Below, piece by piece: positions 30,548 through 40,137 of a stretch of 64,000 nt of DNA. The stretch's first letter is position 1; every line of letters begins with the position of its first letter. The stretch is taken from positions 544,001 through 608,000 of the forward strand of contig CAVYIM010000004.1 in assembly GCA_963768655.1 (NCBI GenBank), written 5' to 3'. The DNA comes from an uncultured Chloroflexia bacterium. Lineage in GTDB: Bacteria > Chloroflexota > Limnocylindria > Limnocylindrales > CSP1-4. The notes below the pieces were generated by a model. It saw only the letters and a program-made list of their open reading frames with translations. It was not told where the DNA came from and did not search any database. The translations under genes were made by a program, and so were the position numbers.

Positions 30548-30854
30548 CAGCGAAGCCTCCTCTTCGACCGGTGGAGCGCTCTCGCTCTCGGGGTTGGCCA
30601 GCCAAGTATCGAGCCTGGGCCGCGAGTCGGCCAGCCGGGCGGCCCGTTCAGGCCATCGGAACCCCCCGGGCGCCCCATGACCCTACGGCAAACGGCCGAC
30701 TACGGAGGTCCCTCCACGAACGACCGGCTCAAGCCGGGAGTACACCTACACGCCCTCCCTGCCGAATGCTTCAGGCCAGATCGCAGGACGTGATCCGCTC
30801 CTCACTCTTCGACGGACCGTCCGCCAGGACAGGTAGCCCCAAGGATTGGCCGAA

Positions 30855-31556
30855 ATGTCGATCGCCAGCTATCCCGTACAGGACCGTCGCGGAGGCCGCC
30901 CCGCGGCGGTGCCGCCGCGACCGACCCGGGCAGTGACTCACGCTCTCATCATCCACCAGGCCGAGATCGTCCGTCTCGGAGTCTCCACGATGCTCGCCAG
31001 CGGGTCGGCCTGCGAAGTTGCCAGCGCCGCCTCCGTCTACGAAGCCTTCCGACTCGCGTCGGACGTCCACCCGCAGCTCGTTCTGTTCGACTTCACGCCT
31101 GCCGAAGGACCCGAGGTGTGCCGGCTACTGGCCGCCCTCTGGCCCAAGCCCCGATTGATCGCCCTGGTCACGCGCGGCCGCGAAGTTGCGCCCGGCGATT
31201 GTCTGGGTGGCGGCGCGGACGCCGCGATGCTCATCGACAACGTCAACCGCGACACCTTCCTGATGCTCGTTCGGCGAGTGATGGACGGCCTCGGCCCCAT
31301 CGTCGCCGGCTTCCCGACGGCCGGGGAGCACCTGGGCGCCGCCCTGGTTGACGAAGGCCCGGTTTCGCTGCTGACTCCGCGCGAGCGCGAGATGCTGTAC
31401 CTCATCGGCCAGGGCCTCTCCAACCGCGAGATCGCCGAGTCCCTGGTCCTGTCGGTGAAGACGGTCGAGGCCCACCGGGCCAATCTCAGCCGCAAGCTCA
31501 ACGTCCGATCTCGCGCCGGGCTGATGCGCCTCGCCCTGACCGGCAGCCTGGCCTGA
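30855..31556 (+). CDS. NarL/LuxR-family regulator with a degenerate receiver domain
   Basis: LTPREREMLYLIGQGLSNREIAESLVLSVKTVEAHRANL HTH; receiver reads IIHQ where the acidic pair is expected; start 30846, 30855 or 30933. Confidence 0.85.
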   Translation: MSIASYPVQDRRGGRPAAVPPRPTRAVTHALIIHQAEIVRLGVSTMLASGSACEVASAASVYEAFRLASDVHPQLVLFDFTPAEGPEVCRLLAALWPKPRLIALVTRGREVAPGDCLGGGADAAMLIDNVNRDTFLMLVRRVMDGLGPIVAGFPTAGEHLGAALVDEGPVSLLTPREREMLYLIGQGLSNREIAESLVLSVKTVEAHRANLSRKLNVRSRAGLMRLALTGSLA

Positions 31557-31559
31557 GCC

Positions 31560-31856
31560 GTGATCCCGCTGACGCGTACCGACGGCACGGCCGTCCTGGT
31601 GAACCCCGATCGAATCGAAACGATCGAGGAGACGCCGGACACCATCATCACCCTTGCCGACGGCAAGAAGCTGCTGGTCCGCGAAACCGCGACTGAGGTC
31701 GCGACGCGCTTCCACTACTACCAGCGCTCGCTACACGTAGACGCCAGGTTCGGCGGCCGGCGGGCCTACGACCCGCCCCAGGCCATGGACCCGGCGCTGT
31801 ACGAGCACCCCAACCGTGGGCGCCTCCGCGCCTACGACGACTCCGGCAAGGGCTAG
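31560..31856 (+). CDS. flbD: Flagellar FlbD/SwrD family protein
   Basis: MIPLTRTDG...VNPDRIETIEETPDTIITLADGKKLLVRE. Confidence 0.9.
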   Translation: MIPLTRTDGTAVLVNPDRIETIEETPDTIITLADGKKLLVRETATEVATRFHYYQRSLHVDARFGGRRAYDPPQAMDPALYEHPNRGRLRAYDDSGKG

Positions 31857-31862
31857 ACCGAG

Positions 31863-32664
31863 ATGGATTCTCGGCATCGGCATCATGGTCTGCATCATCG
31901 CCATGATGGTCGCCGACGTCCTGGATGGCGGCTCGCCGGTTGCTTTCCTCAATCCCTCGGCGATCCTGCTGATCTTCGGCGCGACCTTCGGAGCGACGAT
32001 GGCGTCGACCTCCGTGAAGCAGTTCATGACCTTTCCCAAGCTACTCGGACTGAGCATGAAGCCGCGCGTGAGCGACATCGGCGCGATCCGCGTGATGCTG
32101 GTCAAGTTTGCCGAACGGGCCCGCCGCGAGGGTTTGCTCGCCCTCGAGGCCGATGTCGAAGCCGTCGAGGATCCATTCATTCGGCACGGCCTGCAGATGG
32201 TCATCGACGGTCTCGAGCCCGACACGGTGGAGGAGATCCTCGAGATCGAGATCGAGTCGATGCAGGCCCGCCACATGAAGGGCATCGACATGTTCGCCAA
32301 GATGGGCGGCTACTCGCCCACCTTCGGCGTTCTCGGCACCGTCATGGGCCTCGTCAGCGTTCTGTCGAACCTGTCGGATCCTTCGGGGCTGGGTGAATCG
32401 ATTGCCACCGCCTTCATCGCCACCCTGTTCGGCGTCGGTGCCGCAAACATCCTGTGGCTGCCGATCTCCGTCAACCTCAAGGGCAAGGATCAGGCCGAGG
32501 TCGCCGAGCGGCGTCTCGCCCTGGCCGCGATCCTGGCAATCCAGGCCGGCGACAACCCGCGGATCGTGGCCCAGAAGCTGCGCGCCTACGCGGGATCGGA
32601 GGGCGAAGAGGCCGAAGCCACCGAGAAGACGACTTCCGGCGCGCCGATAGCGGAGGCGGCGTGA
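31863..32664 (+). CDS. motA: Flagellar stator MotA (probable +1 error at ~31866; first in-frame ATG 31885)
   Basis: ARREGLLALE, GGYSPTFGVLGTVMGL, AFIATLFGV, IQAGDNP. Confidence 0.92.
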
Positions 32665-33479
32665 TGGCGCGGCGCAAGCGATCCCACGTCGAGGGGCCGC
32701 ACGACAACGAGGAACGCTGGCTCCTGACCTACTCCGACCTGATCACGCTCCTCTTCGTGCTGTTCGTGGTCATGTACGCCATCAGCAATACCGACACTCG
32801 CAAGTTCATCCTCCTCGCCGAGTCGGTGTCGGCGGCCTTCAACGCCGACGTCATGCAGGGCCAGTCGGCCGTCTCGATCATGGACGGCCAGGAGACGACG
32901 GTTCAGGACCAGAACTACGACACCGGATCGAGCACCGTGGACAGCGACCTGCGGGCGATCACGGCCCAGCTCGAGGACTACGCCATCGGCCAGGGGTTGG
33001 GCGGCGAGGTCGAGGTCGGGATGGCCCCGCAGGGAATCGTCATCCGCCTCAACGACGCCCTGCTGTTCACATCCGGCCGGGCCAATCTCGACGACCACGC
33101 CGTGGCCCTGGTGGGGAAGATCGTCGCCATCATCAAGCCCCTGCCCAACGACATTCGGATCGAGGGCAATACCGACGACCAGCCGCCCGAGGGCGGCCTC
33201 TACGCCGACAACTGGGAGCTCTCGACGGCACGGGCGCTGGCGGTCCTGCAGGCCATGATCCAGCAGGGCATGGCGCCCGAGAGGCTGTCCGCCCAGGGCA
33301 ACGCCCAGTACAACCCGGTCGTTCCCAACACCGACGACGCCTCCCGGGCCAAGAACCGCCGCGTCGACATCGTAGTCATCTACCCACCGGCGGATGACAG
33401 CACGTCATCAGTGGATGACAGCACGTCATCGGTTGGCGACGGCACGGCCAGCCCGATCGCGGGGCCCTCATTCCCATGA
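32664..33479 (+). CDS. motB: Flagellar stator MotB
   Basis: ERWLLTYSDLITLL, OmpA-like IEGNTDD, NWELSTARA, KNRRVDI. Confidence 0.95.
   Translation: MARRKRSHVEGPHDNEERWLLTYSDLITLLFVLFVVMYAISNTDTRKFILLAESVSAAFNADVMQGQSAVSIMDGQETTVQDQNYDTGSSTVDSDLRAITAQLEDYAIGQGLGGEVEVGMAPQGIVIRLNDALLFTSGRANLDDHAVALVGKIVAIIKPLPNDIRIEGNTDDQPPEGGLYADNWELSTARALAVLQAMIQQGMAPERLSAQGNAQYNPVVPNTDDASRAKNRRVDIVVIYPPADDSTSSVDDSTSSVGDGTASPIAGPSFP
33392..33433 (+). repeat. 21-bp tandem repeat in the motB tail (DDSTSSV x2)
   Basis: GGATGACAGCACGTCATCAGT / GGATGACAGCACGTCATCGGT. Confidence 0.8.
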
Positions 33480-33540
33480 ACCCCATCTTCTCTCCAATCC
33501 CTTCGGCAAGCTGCCGTCTTACCTCGATGGAGAACCACCC

Positions 33541-34050
33541 GTGAAACTGCCGATTCCCCACGGACGCCGCGCCATCCTCGTCCTGGGCGTGCCCCTGGGA
33601 CTGGCCGCGGCCGGTGCCCTCGCCTTCACCCAGCTATCGGCCGGCAGCGCACCGCCGCCGCCCGTGCCCGATCCCGGTCCCGGGCAGACCGGCCCCATGC
33701 TCGCCCTCGACAGCCGGGTCATCAACCTCGCCGCCAGCACGACTCCCGGCGCCTTCAAGTACGCCAAGATCGCCCTGACGATCGAGCTGCGACCCGACTC
33801 TGCGAGCTTCTACACGCTCTCCAGCGATGCCCGCGCCAAAGAGGAGACGGCCGAGACGGCCAAGGACGCGGATGACGTGCCGCTGCTCCTCGACGCTCTC
33901 GGAACGGTCGTTTCTTCGCACGACTCCGATTCGCTGACCAGTCCGGACGGCCGGGCCGCCCTCAAGACCGAGCTGCTGGCGGCCATGCGGAAGGTCATGG
34001 GTGAGAGCGCCGTCATCGACGTCTACTTCACCGACTTCGTAATGCAGTAG
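33541..34050 (+). CDS. fliL: Flagellar basal body-associated FliL
   Basis: N-terminal TM, INLA, C-terminal DVYFTDFVMQ; GGAG RBS before GTG. Confidence 0.88.
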   Translation: MKLPIPHGRRAILVLGVPLGLAAAGALAFTQLSAGSAPPPPVPDPGPGQTGPMLALDSRVINLAASTTPGAFKYAKIALTIELRPDSASFYTLSSDARAKEETAETAKDADDVPLLLDALGTVVSSHDSDSLTSPDGRAALKTELLAAMRKVMGESAVIDVYFTDFVMQ

Positions 34051-34062
34051 GCGGACCCTCAG

Positions 34063-35049
34063 ATGCTGTCGCAGGCCGAGATCGATGCGCTCCTTGGGGC
34101 GGTGGCGGATGGCTCGCTGCCGTCTGAGGACCAGCCGCCGTCGCTGAGCGCGGACGGTCGAATCGTCAAGACCTACGACTTCCGCCGGCCCGCCAAGTTC
34201 TCCAACGAGCAGCTGCGGACGCTGCAGGCGATCCACGAGAACGTCGGTCGCGTCGCGGCCGCCCGCCTCTCCTCGTTCCTGCGCGGCGCGGTCGTCATCC
34301 AGCTGGCGGGCACAGACCAGCTGGTCTTCGACGACTACCTCGGCCAGCTGACGCTCCCCACGGAGCTCGTAGTGATGACGAGTCCCGGCCTTGCCGGGCC
34401 CTTCCTGGCCGACCTGGACCTGGGCTTCGCCTTCGCCGCAGTCGATCGTCTGCTGGGCGGCCCGGGCCGCATTCCATCTGAGCGGAATGAGCCCACGCCG
34501 ATCGAGGCCAATCTGATATCCCGCGTCGTCGGGCACCTGCCCCACGCCCTGAACGAGGGCTGGGCCCATCTCCAGACGCTGGACGTCTCGATCACGGAAA
34601 CGGCCCTCTCGCCGATCCTGCTCCGTCTCGCCGCCCCCACCGAAGTCGTGGCGGTCCTCACCTACGAAGTCCGGTTCGCCGGTCAGACCGCTCCGATGAC
34701 CATCTGCTATCCGTACGGGACACTGGAGCCGCTGCTGCCCAGGCTGGCCGCCACGATGTGGTACGCCCAGCGGCGCCAGGCCGCCGGCGACGCCGGCGTG
34801 CGCCAGGTGCTGGAAGGCGAGGTTCAGGCGGTCGAGATCCCGCTTTCGGCCGCCTTCCGCGCGGTGGACATCCCCGTAGAGGCGCTGACGGAGCTGCAAC
34901 CCGGCGACGTCATCCGTTTCGACGAGCACTTCGACGAACCGGTCCTCATCACCGTGTCCGACCAGGCCCAGGCGTGGGCAATTCCGGGTCGGGTAGGGGA
35001 TCGCATTGCCCTGCGTCTGGTGACGCCACTTGTGCCCACGGAGGCCTGA
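34063..35049 (+). CDS. fliM: Flagellar motor switch FliM
   Basis: LSQAEIDALL CheY-binding motif, YDFRRPAKFS, VDRLLGG. Confidence 0.95.
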   Translation: MLSQAEIDALLGAVADGSLPSEDQPPSLSADGRIVKTYDFRRPAKFSNEQLRTLQAIHENVGRVAAARLSSFLRGAVVIQLAGTDQLVFDDYLGQLTLPTELVVMTSPGLAGPFLADLDLGFAFAAVDRLLGGPGRIPSERNEPTPIEANLISRVVGHLPHALNEGWAHLQTLDVSITETALSPILLRLAAPTEVVAVLTYEVRFAGQTAPMTICYPYGTLEPLLPRLAATMWYAQRRQAAGDAGVRQVLEGEVQAVEIPLSAAFRAVDIPVEALTELQPGDVIRFDEHFDEPVLITVSDQAQAWAIPGRVGDRIALRLVTPLVPTEA

Positions 35050-35050
35050 C

Positions 35051-36058
35051 ATGAGCTGGGAATCGTTCGACTGGAAGACCGCCGACGGTCAATCGCTCGG
35101 TGCCGGCGCCTCCATCCTGCCGCTCTGGCCGATGCTGCGTTCAGCCATCGCGGAGGCCATCTCGGCCGATGCGCTCTGTCCCATCACTTGCGGCGACCTG
35201 ACGGTCGGCAGCACCACGCTTGCGGAAGCGCCGACTCCGTTCGAGCCGGCGTCTTCCTTCGAGCTGCTGGGCACCGACCGGCGCGGGTCCTGGGGCGCCC
35301 TCGATCCGAGCAAGGGCAGCAAGATCGGCGGCAAGGTCTACGCCGCCGGCCGCCTGCAAGCGCTGGTGATGGAGGCGCTCAGCGGCGCCTTCGAATCGAT
35401 CCTGGGCGAGGGGCTCGGGCTGGGCGCGCCACTGGAGATGCCGGCGCCCGACGCGCCGCTCCTGCTCCTGCGCCTGCCGCTCACCTCGGTCGACAACGAA
35501 GAAGTGGTCGTGATATCGGCCTACGACGCTGCCGTCGCCGGCGAGCTCGCGGCCCACATCGTGGCACTGCAGGCCCTGGCGGCCGAGGTTCCCTCTCAAA
35601 CGCCGCCGCCACACCCGCAGACCGTGGCCCAACGCACGCAGGAGCTCAAGGCGGCTGCCACGCCGTCCGGAGCGGCCGCGCCGGCCTCGGCCGGGTCCGG
35701 GTCGGGCAACGGCAACGGCGGCGGCCGCGGAATGCCTGCCAACGTGCGGCCGGCGGAGCTTCCCGAACTGACCGCCACGCCGTCGAACCAGCCCGCCTAC
35801 AACATCGACCTCCTGCTCGGCGTGAACCTGCAGGTGGCGGTCGAGATCGGGCGGACGACGCTGCCTATCCGCGATGTCCTGGCCCTGACCCCTGGATCGA
35901 TCGTCGAGCTCGACAAGCTGGCCGGCGAGAAGGTCGACGTGCTGATCAACGGCCGCCCGATCGCCCAGGGTGAGGTAGTGGTCGTGGACGAGAACTTCGG
36001 CGTCCGCATCACCGACGTCGTCGCCCGCCAGCAGCGGCTGAGCCCGCAGGGTCGCTGA
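35051..36058 (+). CDS. fliN: Flagellar motor switch FliN with long divergent N-terminal domain (FliY-like size)
   Basis: C-terminal SpoA domain NIDLLLGVNLQVAVEIG...GEVVVVDENFGVRITD. Confidence 0.88.
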   Translation: MSWESFDWKTADGQSLGAGASILPLWPMLRSAIAEAISADALCPITCGDLTVGSTTLAEAPTPFEPASSFELLGTDRRGSWGALDPSKGSKIGGKVYAAGRLQALVMEALSGAFESILGEGLGLGAPLEMPAPDAPLLLLRLPLTSVDNEEVVVISAYDAAVAGELAAHIVALQALAAEVPSQTPPPHPQTVAQRTQELKAAATPSGAAAPASAGSGSGNGNGGGRGMPANVRPAELPELTATPSNQPAYNIDLLLGVNLQVAVEIGRTTLPIRDVLALTPGSIVELDKLAGEKVDVLINGRPIAQGEVVVVDENFGVRITDVVARQQRLSPQGR

Positions 36059-36060
36059 CG

Positions 36061-36858
36061 ATGCCGCCTACCCGCCGCTCGCTCGCCGCTCGCCGCCCCA
36101 TGGCGCGGCGCCGCGGTCTGCCCGCGGCGGAGCCGGACGCTCGCGCCGGCACGCATCTCGACGGCGCCGGCGCCGTCGATCTCGCATCGTCGGGCGCGGC
36201 CGGACGGGCGCGATCGCGGGGCTGGGCCTCGCCGGTCCGGATCGGCATGGCGTCGGTCCTGGCGGTTCTGGCCGGGATCGCGATCATCGGGGCCCTGAGC
36301 CCCTCTCCGGTGGCGGGCGGGGCCGGTTCGTCGGCCGCCGCATCGGGAGTCGGCGATTCGGCCGCGGCCTCCTCCGTCGTCGGCTCGGCCTGGGGCGCGG
36401 CCGGCGGAATCGACCCCATCGATCTGATCACCAAGGGCGCGCTGGTCCTCATCCTGCTGTTCATCACGTTGCGCGTGCTCGGGCGGATGCAGACCGCCGG
36501 CCCCAGACGGGGCGGCCGGCTCACCGTCCTCGAGTCCCGGACGCTCGCGTCGAAAGCCTCCCTCCACCTCGTCGCGGTCGGTGACCGGCGCCTGGTGGTG
36601 GGCCTCACGCCGAACGGGATGGTGGCGCTGGCCGAGCTCGACGCCACCGAGCTGGAAGATGCCCAGACCGCCGAATCTCCCTCCGGCGAACCGGAAGCCG
36701 GTCCGGCACGCGGCCTGCGGACTGTCGCCCGGCCGAGCGGCGTTGCCCCTGGTTCCGCGGCGGCCCCTTTCGTCGCAACGCTCAACTCGCTGCTGGCCCC
36801 GATCGATAACCTGACCGATCGGCTGGCCGGCTTCTTCAATGGAAGCCGCGCCCGATGA
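36061..36858 (+). CDS. fliO: Flagellar export protein FliO (start uncertain)
   Basis: LTVLESRTLASKASLHLVAVGDRRLVVGLT; lies between fliN and fliP. Confidence 0.8.
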   Translation: MPPTRRSLAARRPMARRRGLPAAEPDARAGTHLDGAGAVDLASSGAAGRARSRGWASPVRIGMASVLAVLAGIAIIGALSPSPVAGGAGSSAAASGVGDSAAASSVVGSAWGAAGGIDPIDLITKGALVLILLFITLRVLGRMQTAGPRRGGRLTVLESRTLASKASLHLVAVGDRRLVVGLTPNGMVALAELDATELEDAQTAESPSGEPEAGPARGLRTVARPSGVAPGSAAAPFVATLNSLLAPIDNLTDRLAGFFNGSRAR

Positions 36859-37622
36859 GCCGCCTGACCAGCCACCATCTGCGCCTGCTGATTCTGCTAG
36901 CGCTGGCCGCATTCGCGGTCGCCGGCTGCAGCTCGACCGGCTCTTCGGACATCACGGTTCAAGTCGGCGATGGTCAGGCCTCCAACGGCAACGGCCAGTT
37001 CGCGCTCTCGCTCGAGCTTCTGGTAGCCATCACCGTGCTGTCGCTGGTCCCGGCCATTCTGATGCTGGCCACCAGCTTCACCCGGATCGTCGTGGTGCTG
37101 TCACTCCTGCGCAGCGCCATCGGCATTCCCAATCTGCCGCCCAATCAGGTCCTGATGGGCCTGTCGCTGTTCCTGACCCTGTTCGTCATGTCGCCCGTCC
37201 TGGCCGAGGCGAACAACGATGCGCTGCAGCCGTACCTGAACAACTCGATCAGTCAGGACGAGGCGATGCAGAAGGGCATCGAGCCCTTCCGTGAGTTCAT
37301 GCTCAGCCAGACCCGGGCCGAGGACCTGCAGGTCTTCATCGACCTGTCCAAGGAGCCGCGGCCCAAGACTGCCGACGACGTCTCGATCGAGGTTCTGCTT
37401 CCGGCCTTCGTCGTCAGCGAGCTCAAGACCGCCTTCACGATGGGCTTCCTGCTCTACATCCCCTTCTTGATCATCGACCTCGTCGTCGCCTCGGCCCTGA
37501 TGTCTATGGGCATGGTGATGGTCTCGCCGACCCAGATCGCGCTGCCCTTCAAGCTCCTCCTCTTCGTCCTGGTCGATGGCTGGGTGCTCGTCGTCCAGTC
37601 CCTCGTCCACAGCTTCGGCTAG
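36855..37622 (+). CDS. fliP: Flagellar export gate FliP
   Basis: TSFTRIVVVL, PPNQVL, PAFVVSELKTAF, PFKLLLFVLVDGW. Confidence 0.96.
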   Translation: MSRLTSHHLRLLILLALAAFAVAGCSSTGSSDITVQVGDGQASNGNGQFALSLELLVAITVLSLVPAILMLATSFTRIVVVLSLLRSAIGIPNLPPNQVLMGLSLFLTLFVMSPVLAEANNDALQPYLNNSISQDEAMQKGIEPFREFMLSQTRAEDLQVFIDLSKEPRPKTADDVSIEVLLPAFVVSELKTAFTMGFLLYIPFLIIDLVVASALMSMGMVMVSPTQIALPFKLLLFVLVDGWVLVVQSLVHSFG

Positions 37623-37630
37623 GGCGCCAG

Positions 37631-37900
37631 ATGACACCAGCCGACGTCGGATCCGTGATGCAGCGCGCTCTATGGACGACCCTCCTGGTCGGAGGACCGA
37701 TCGTGCTCGTCTCGATGGCCGTGGGCCTGGCGATCTCGATCGTCCAGGCCGCGACCCAGATCAACGAGGCCACGCTGACTTTCGTCCCCAAGCTCGTGGT
37801 TGTCGCGGTCGTGCTGGTGATCCTCGGTCCCTCGATGATCAACTCGCTGGTCGAGTTCACGCAGTACGTCTTCCAGGTCGCGGCGGAGGCCAACCGATGA
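37631..37900 (+). CDS. fliQ: Flagellar export gate FliQ
   Basis: QAATQINEATLTFVPK. Confidence 0.96.
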   Translation: MTPADVGSVMQRALWTTLLVGGPIVLVSMAVGLAISIVQAATQINEATLTFVPKLVVVAVVLVILGPSMINSLVEFTQYVFQVAAEANR

Positions 37901-38652
37901 CGGTCGAGCTGAGCGGCGGCCAGACGGCGCTCCTCTTCCTGGTGCTGATGCGCTGCACCGGGCTCGTCTTCGCGGCCCCGCTGTTCGGCCACCAGGCGAT
38001 CCCGACGCTGGTCAAGTTCGGCCTCGCCGGCTGCCTGACGATCGCCCTGGTCAATCCCGCGGGCGCTTCGGCCGGCAACCTGCCGCTTCTCCTCGCGGCT
38101 CCGATCGAGCTGGTAATCGGCCTCTGTCTCGGGTTCATCCTGACGCTGTCATTCGAGTCCGTCGAGCTGGCGGGCCGGGTCGTCTCGATCCAGCTGGGCC
38201 TCTCCCTGGCCTCGGTGTTCAGCCCCACGCAGGACGAGGCCTCGACCGCCATCGACCCGTTCTTCTCCGTCCTGGCCGGGCTCCTGTTCCTGGCCATGGG
38301 GCTTCACCTGGCGCTCGTCCAGGTCCTGGCGAACTCGTTCACGGTGTATCCGGTGGGCGCGGGCTGGCCGGCCGACCTGTCGGTGACGGGCGCCCAGACC
38401 ATCGCCCTGGCGATGGAGCTCGGCGTTCGGGTCGCACTGCCGATAGCGCTGGTGCTGCTGCTGGTCGAGCTGTCGGTCGCGCTGCTCGCCCGAGCCATCC
38501 CGCAGATCAACGTCTTCATCCTGGGCCTGCCGCTCAAGATGCTGGTCGGATTCGCCGTTCTGGCGTTGGGCATGCCGGCGCTCATCTCGGGTGCCGAGGC
38601 GATCTATCGCTTCGTCTTCCAGGCCGCCTCCGGCGGCGCCGTAAGCGCGTAG
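37897..38652 (+). CDS. fliR: Flagellar export gate FliR
   Basis: LMRCTG...APLFG, ELAGRVVSIQLGL, RAIPQINVFILGLPLK. Confidence 0.93.
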   Translation: MTVELSGGQTALLFLVLMRCTGLVFAAPLFGHQAIPTLVKFGLAGCLTIALVNPAGASAGNLPLLLAAPIELVIGLCLGFILTLSFESVELAGRVVSIQLGLSLASVFSPTQDEASTAIDPFFSVLAGLLFLAMGLHLALVQVLANSFTVYPVGAGWPADLSVTGAQTIALAMELGVRVALPIALVLLLVELSVALLARAIPQINVFILGLPLKMLVGFAVLALGMPALISGAEAIYRFVFQAASGGAVSA

Positions 38653-38661
38653 GGGCCGGCC

Positions 38662-40137
38662 GTGGCCGAGAAGACCGAAGCACCCACCCCACGACGGCGC
38701 GAGGAAGCCCGAGCCAAAGGCCAGGGCATCGGCCGAAGCCACGAGTTCTCCATGGGCCTGACCCTCGGTGTCGGCACCCTGGCCCTCTCGAGCCTCCTGC
38801 CGGGCATCGCAGCCTCACTGGTTTCGCGAACCCAGACGGCCATCGTGACTCTCGACCCGCGCGCCAGCAACGCCCGGCTGCTCGGAGAGACGGGCGACGC
38901 GATCCTCGCCGTCCTGACGCTGGTCCTGCCCCTTGCCGCGCTCGTGATGGTCGCCGGAATTGCCGGCAACCTCGTCTCGGGCGGCCTCGTCTTCTCCTAC
39001 AAGGCGATCCGATTCGACCCGAGCCGCATCAATCCGATCGCCGGGTTGCGTCGGATGGCAGACAGGCAGGCACTCGTGCGGCTCGGCCTGGCGTCGGGCA
39101 AGCTGGCCATCCTCGCGTACATCTCCTGGCAGGTCGTCGGCACTCGCGTGCCGGCGATCGTCGGGACCGAGGGCGCCGACGTCGGCACCATCGCCGGGAG
39201 CTGCCTGGACGCCGTCTTCCAGCTCGGGCTGACGATCACCATTCTGCTCGCCGTCGTGGCCCTGGTCGACTTCGTCGTCCAGCGCCGCAGGGCCATGGAG
39301 TCGATCCGGATGACCAAGGAGGAGGTCAAGCAGGAGTACAAGGACCAGGAAGGCAGCCCGCAGATCCGCGGCGCTCGCCGCCGCCGAGCCCGTCAGATGG
39401 CCTTCGCCAGGATGATGGACGCAGTTCCGACGGCGGACGTCGTGGTGACCAACCCGACGACACTGGCGGTGGCGCTCAAGTACGACTCGCTGACCATGCG
39501 GGCTCCCAAGATCGTGGCCAAGGGCCAGCGCCTGATGGCGGAACGAATCAAGGAGATCGCGCGCGATCACAAGGTCCCGATAGTCGAGGACAAGCCCCTG
39601 GCGCGGGCGCTCTTCTCGCGCCCGATCGGGGCGGAGGTCCCGGCACATCTGTACCGCGCCGTGGCTCGGCTGCTGGTGCTCGTCCACCAGACCCGCTTCG
39701 CCGTGACCGGCCGCGGCCGAAAGGCGGGCAGCGGCGGGCGAGGCTGGCAGGCCGGCCGGGCGGGGACCGGAGCGGCGAGTCTCGCCGCGCGACCGTGGTG
39801 GGTCGACGCCGCGAGCTCGGTCGGCCAGACCGTGGCCGAGGATGCAGCCGCCGCTGAAGAGGCGGACAGCTACGGGCAGATCGGCACGGCAGAAGCAATT
39901 CCCTCGACTGCCACTCGGGTCGGCCCGCCCGACGGCGAGAGTCTGCCCGACGACGGCGGTGAGGTCGGGGCGGAGGTCGACGAAGAAGCGCTGGCGCGGG
40001 CCCTCAGCGAGGACGAACTGGCCGACCTGACTCCGGAAGAGCTGGCCCGTTTCGAGGCGGAAATGGAGGGCTCCCAGGGCGGGGTGGACCCGGCAACCGA
40101 CCGATCGACCGACACAGATGAGGAGCGCGAGCGATGA
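38662..40137 (+). CDS. flhB: Flagellar export protein FlhB with long acidic C-terminal extension
   Basis: EKTEAPTPRR, MTKEEVKQEYKDQEGSP, VVTNPTTLAVALKY, EDKPLARAL. Confidence 0.93.
   Translation: MAEKTEAPTPRRREEARAKGQGIGRSHEFSMGLTLGVGTLALSSLLPGIAASLVSRTQTAIVTLDPRASNARLLGETGDAILAVLTLVLPLAALVMVAGIAGNLVSGGLVFSYKAIRFDPSRINPIAGLRRMADRQALVRLGLASGKLAILAYISWQVVGTRVPAIVGTEGADVGTIAGSCLDAVFQLGLTITILLAVVALVDFVVQRRRAMESIRMTKEEVKQEYKDQEGSPQIRGARRRRARQMAFARMMDAVPTADVVVTNPTTLAVALKYDSLTMRAPKIVAKGQRLMAERIKEIARDHKVPIVEDKPLARALFSRPIGAEVPAHLYRAVARLLVLVHQTRFAVTGRGRKAGSGGRGWQAGRAGTGAASLAARPWWVDAASSVGQTVAEDAAAAEEADSYGQIGTAEAIPSTATRVGPPDGESLPDDGGEVGAEVDEEALARALSEDELADLTPEELARFEAEMEGSQGGVDPATDRSTDTDEERER

Noticed and set aside
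30686-30764. Possible c-di-GMP-I riboswitch upstream of the flagellar operon (starts GGCAAAC, ends TGCCGAA, several small stems)
   Set aside because: Lacks the GAAA tetraloop/receptor and the GACGCAAAGC junction; the stems are short and expected by chance in GC-rich DNA. Only an Rfam scan could rescue it.
33392-33433. motB 21-bp repeat as a phase-variation switch
   Set aside because: In frame, in a disordered tail, two copies only
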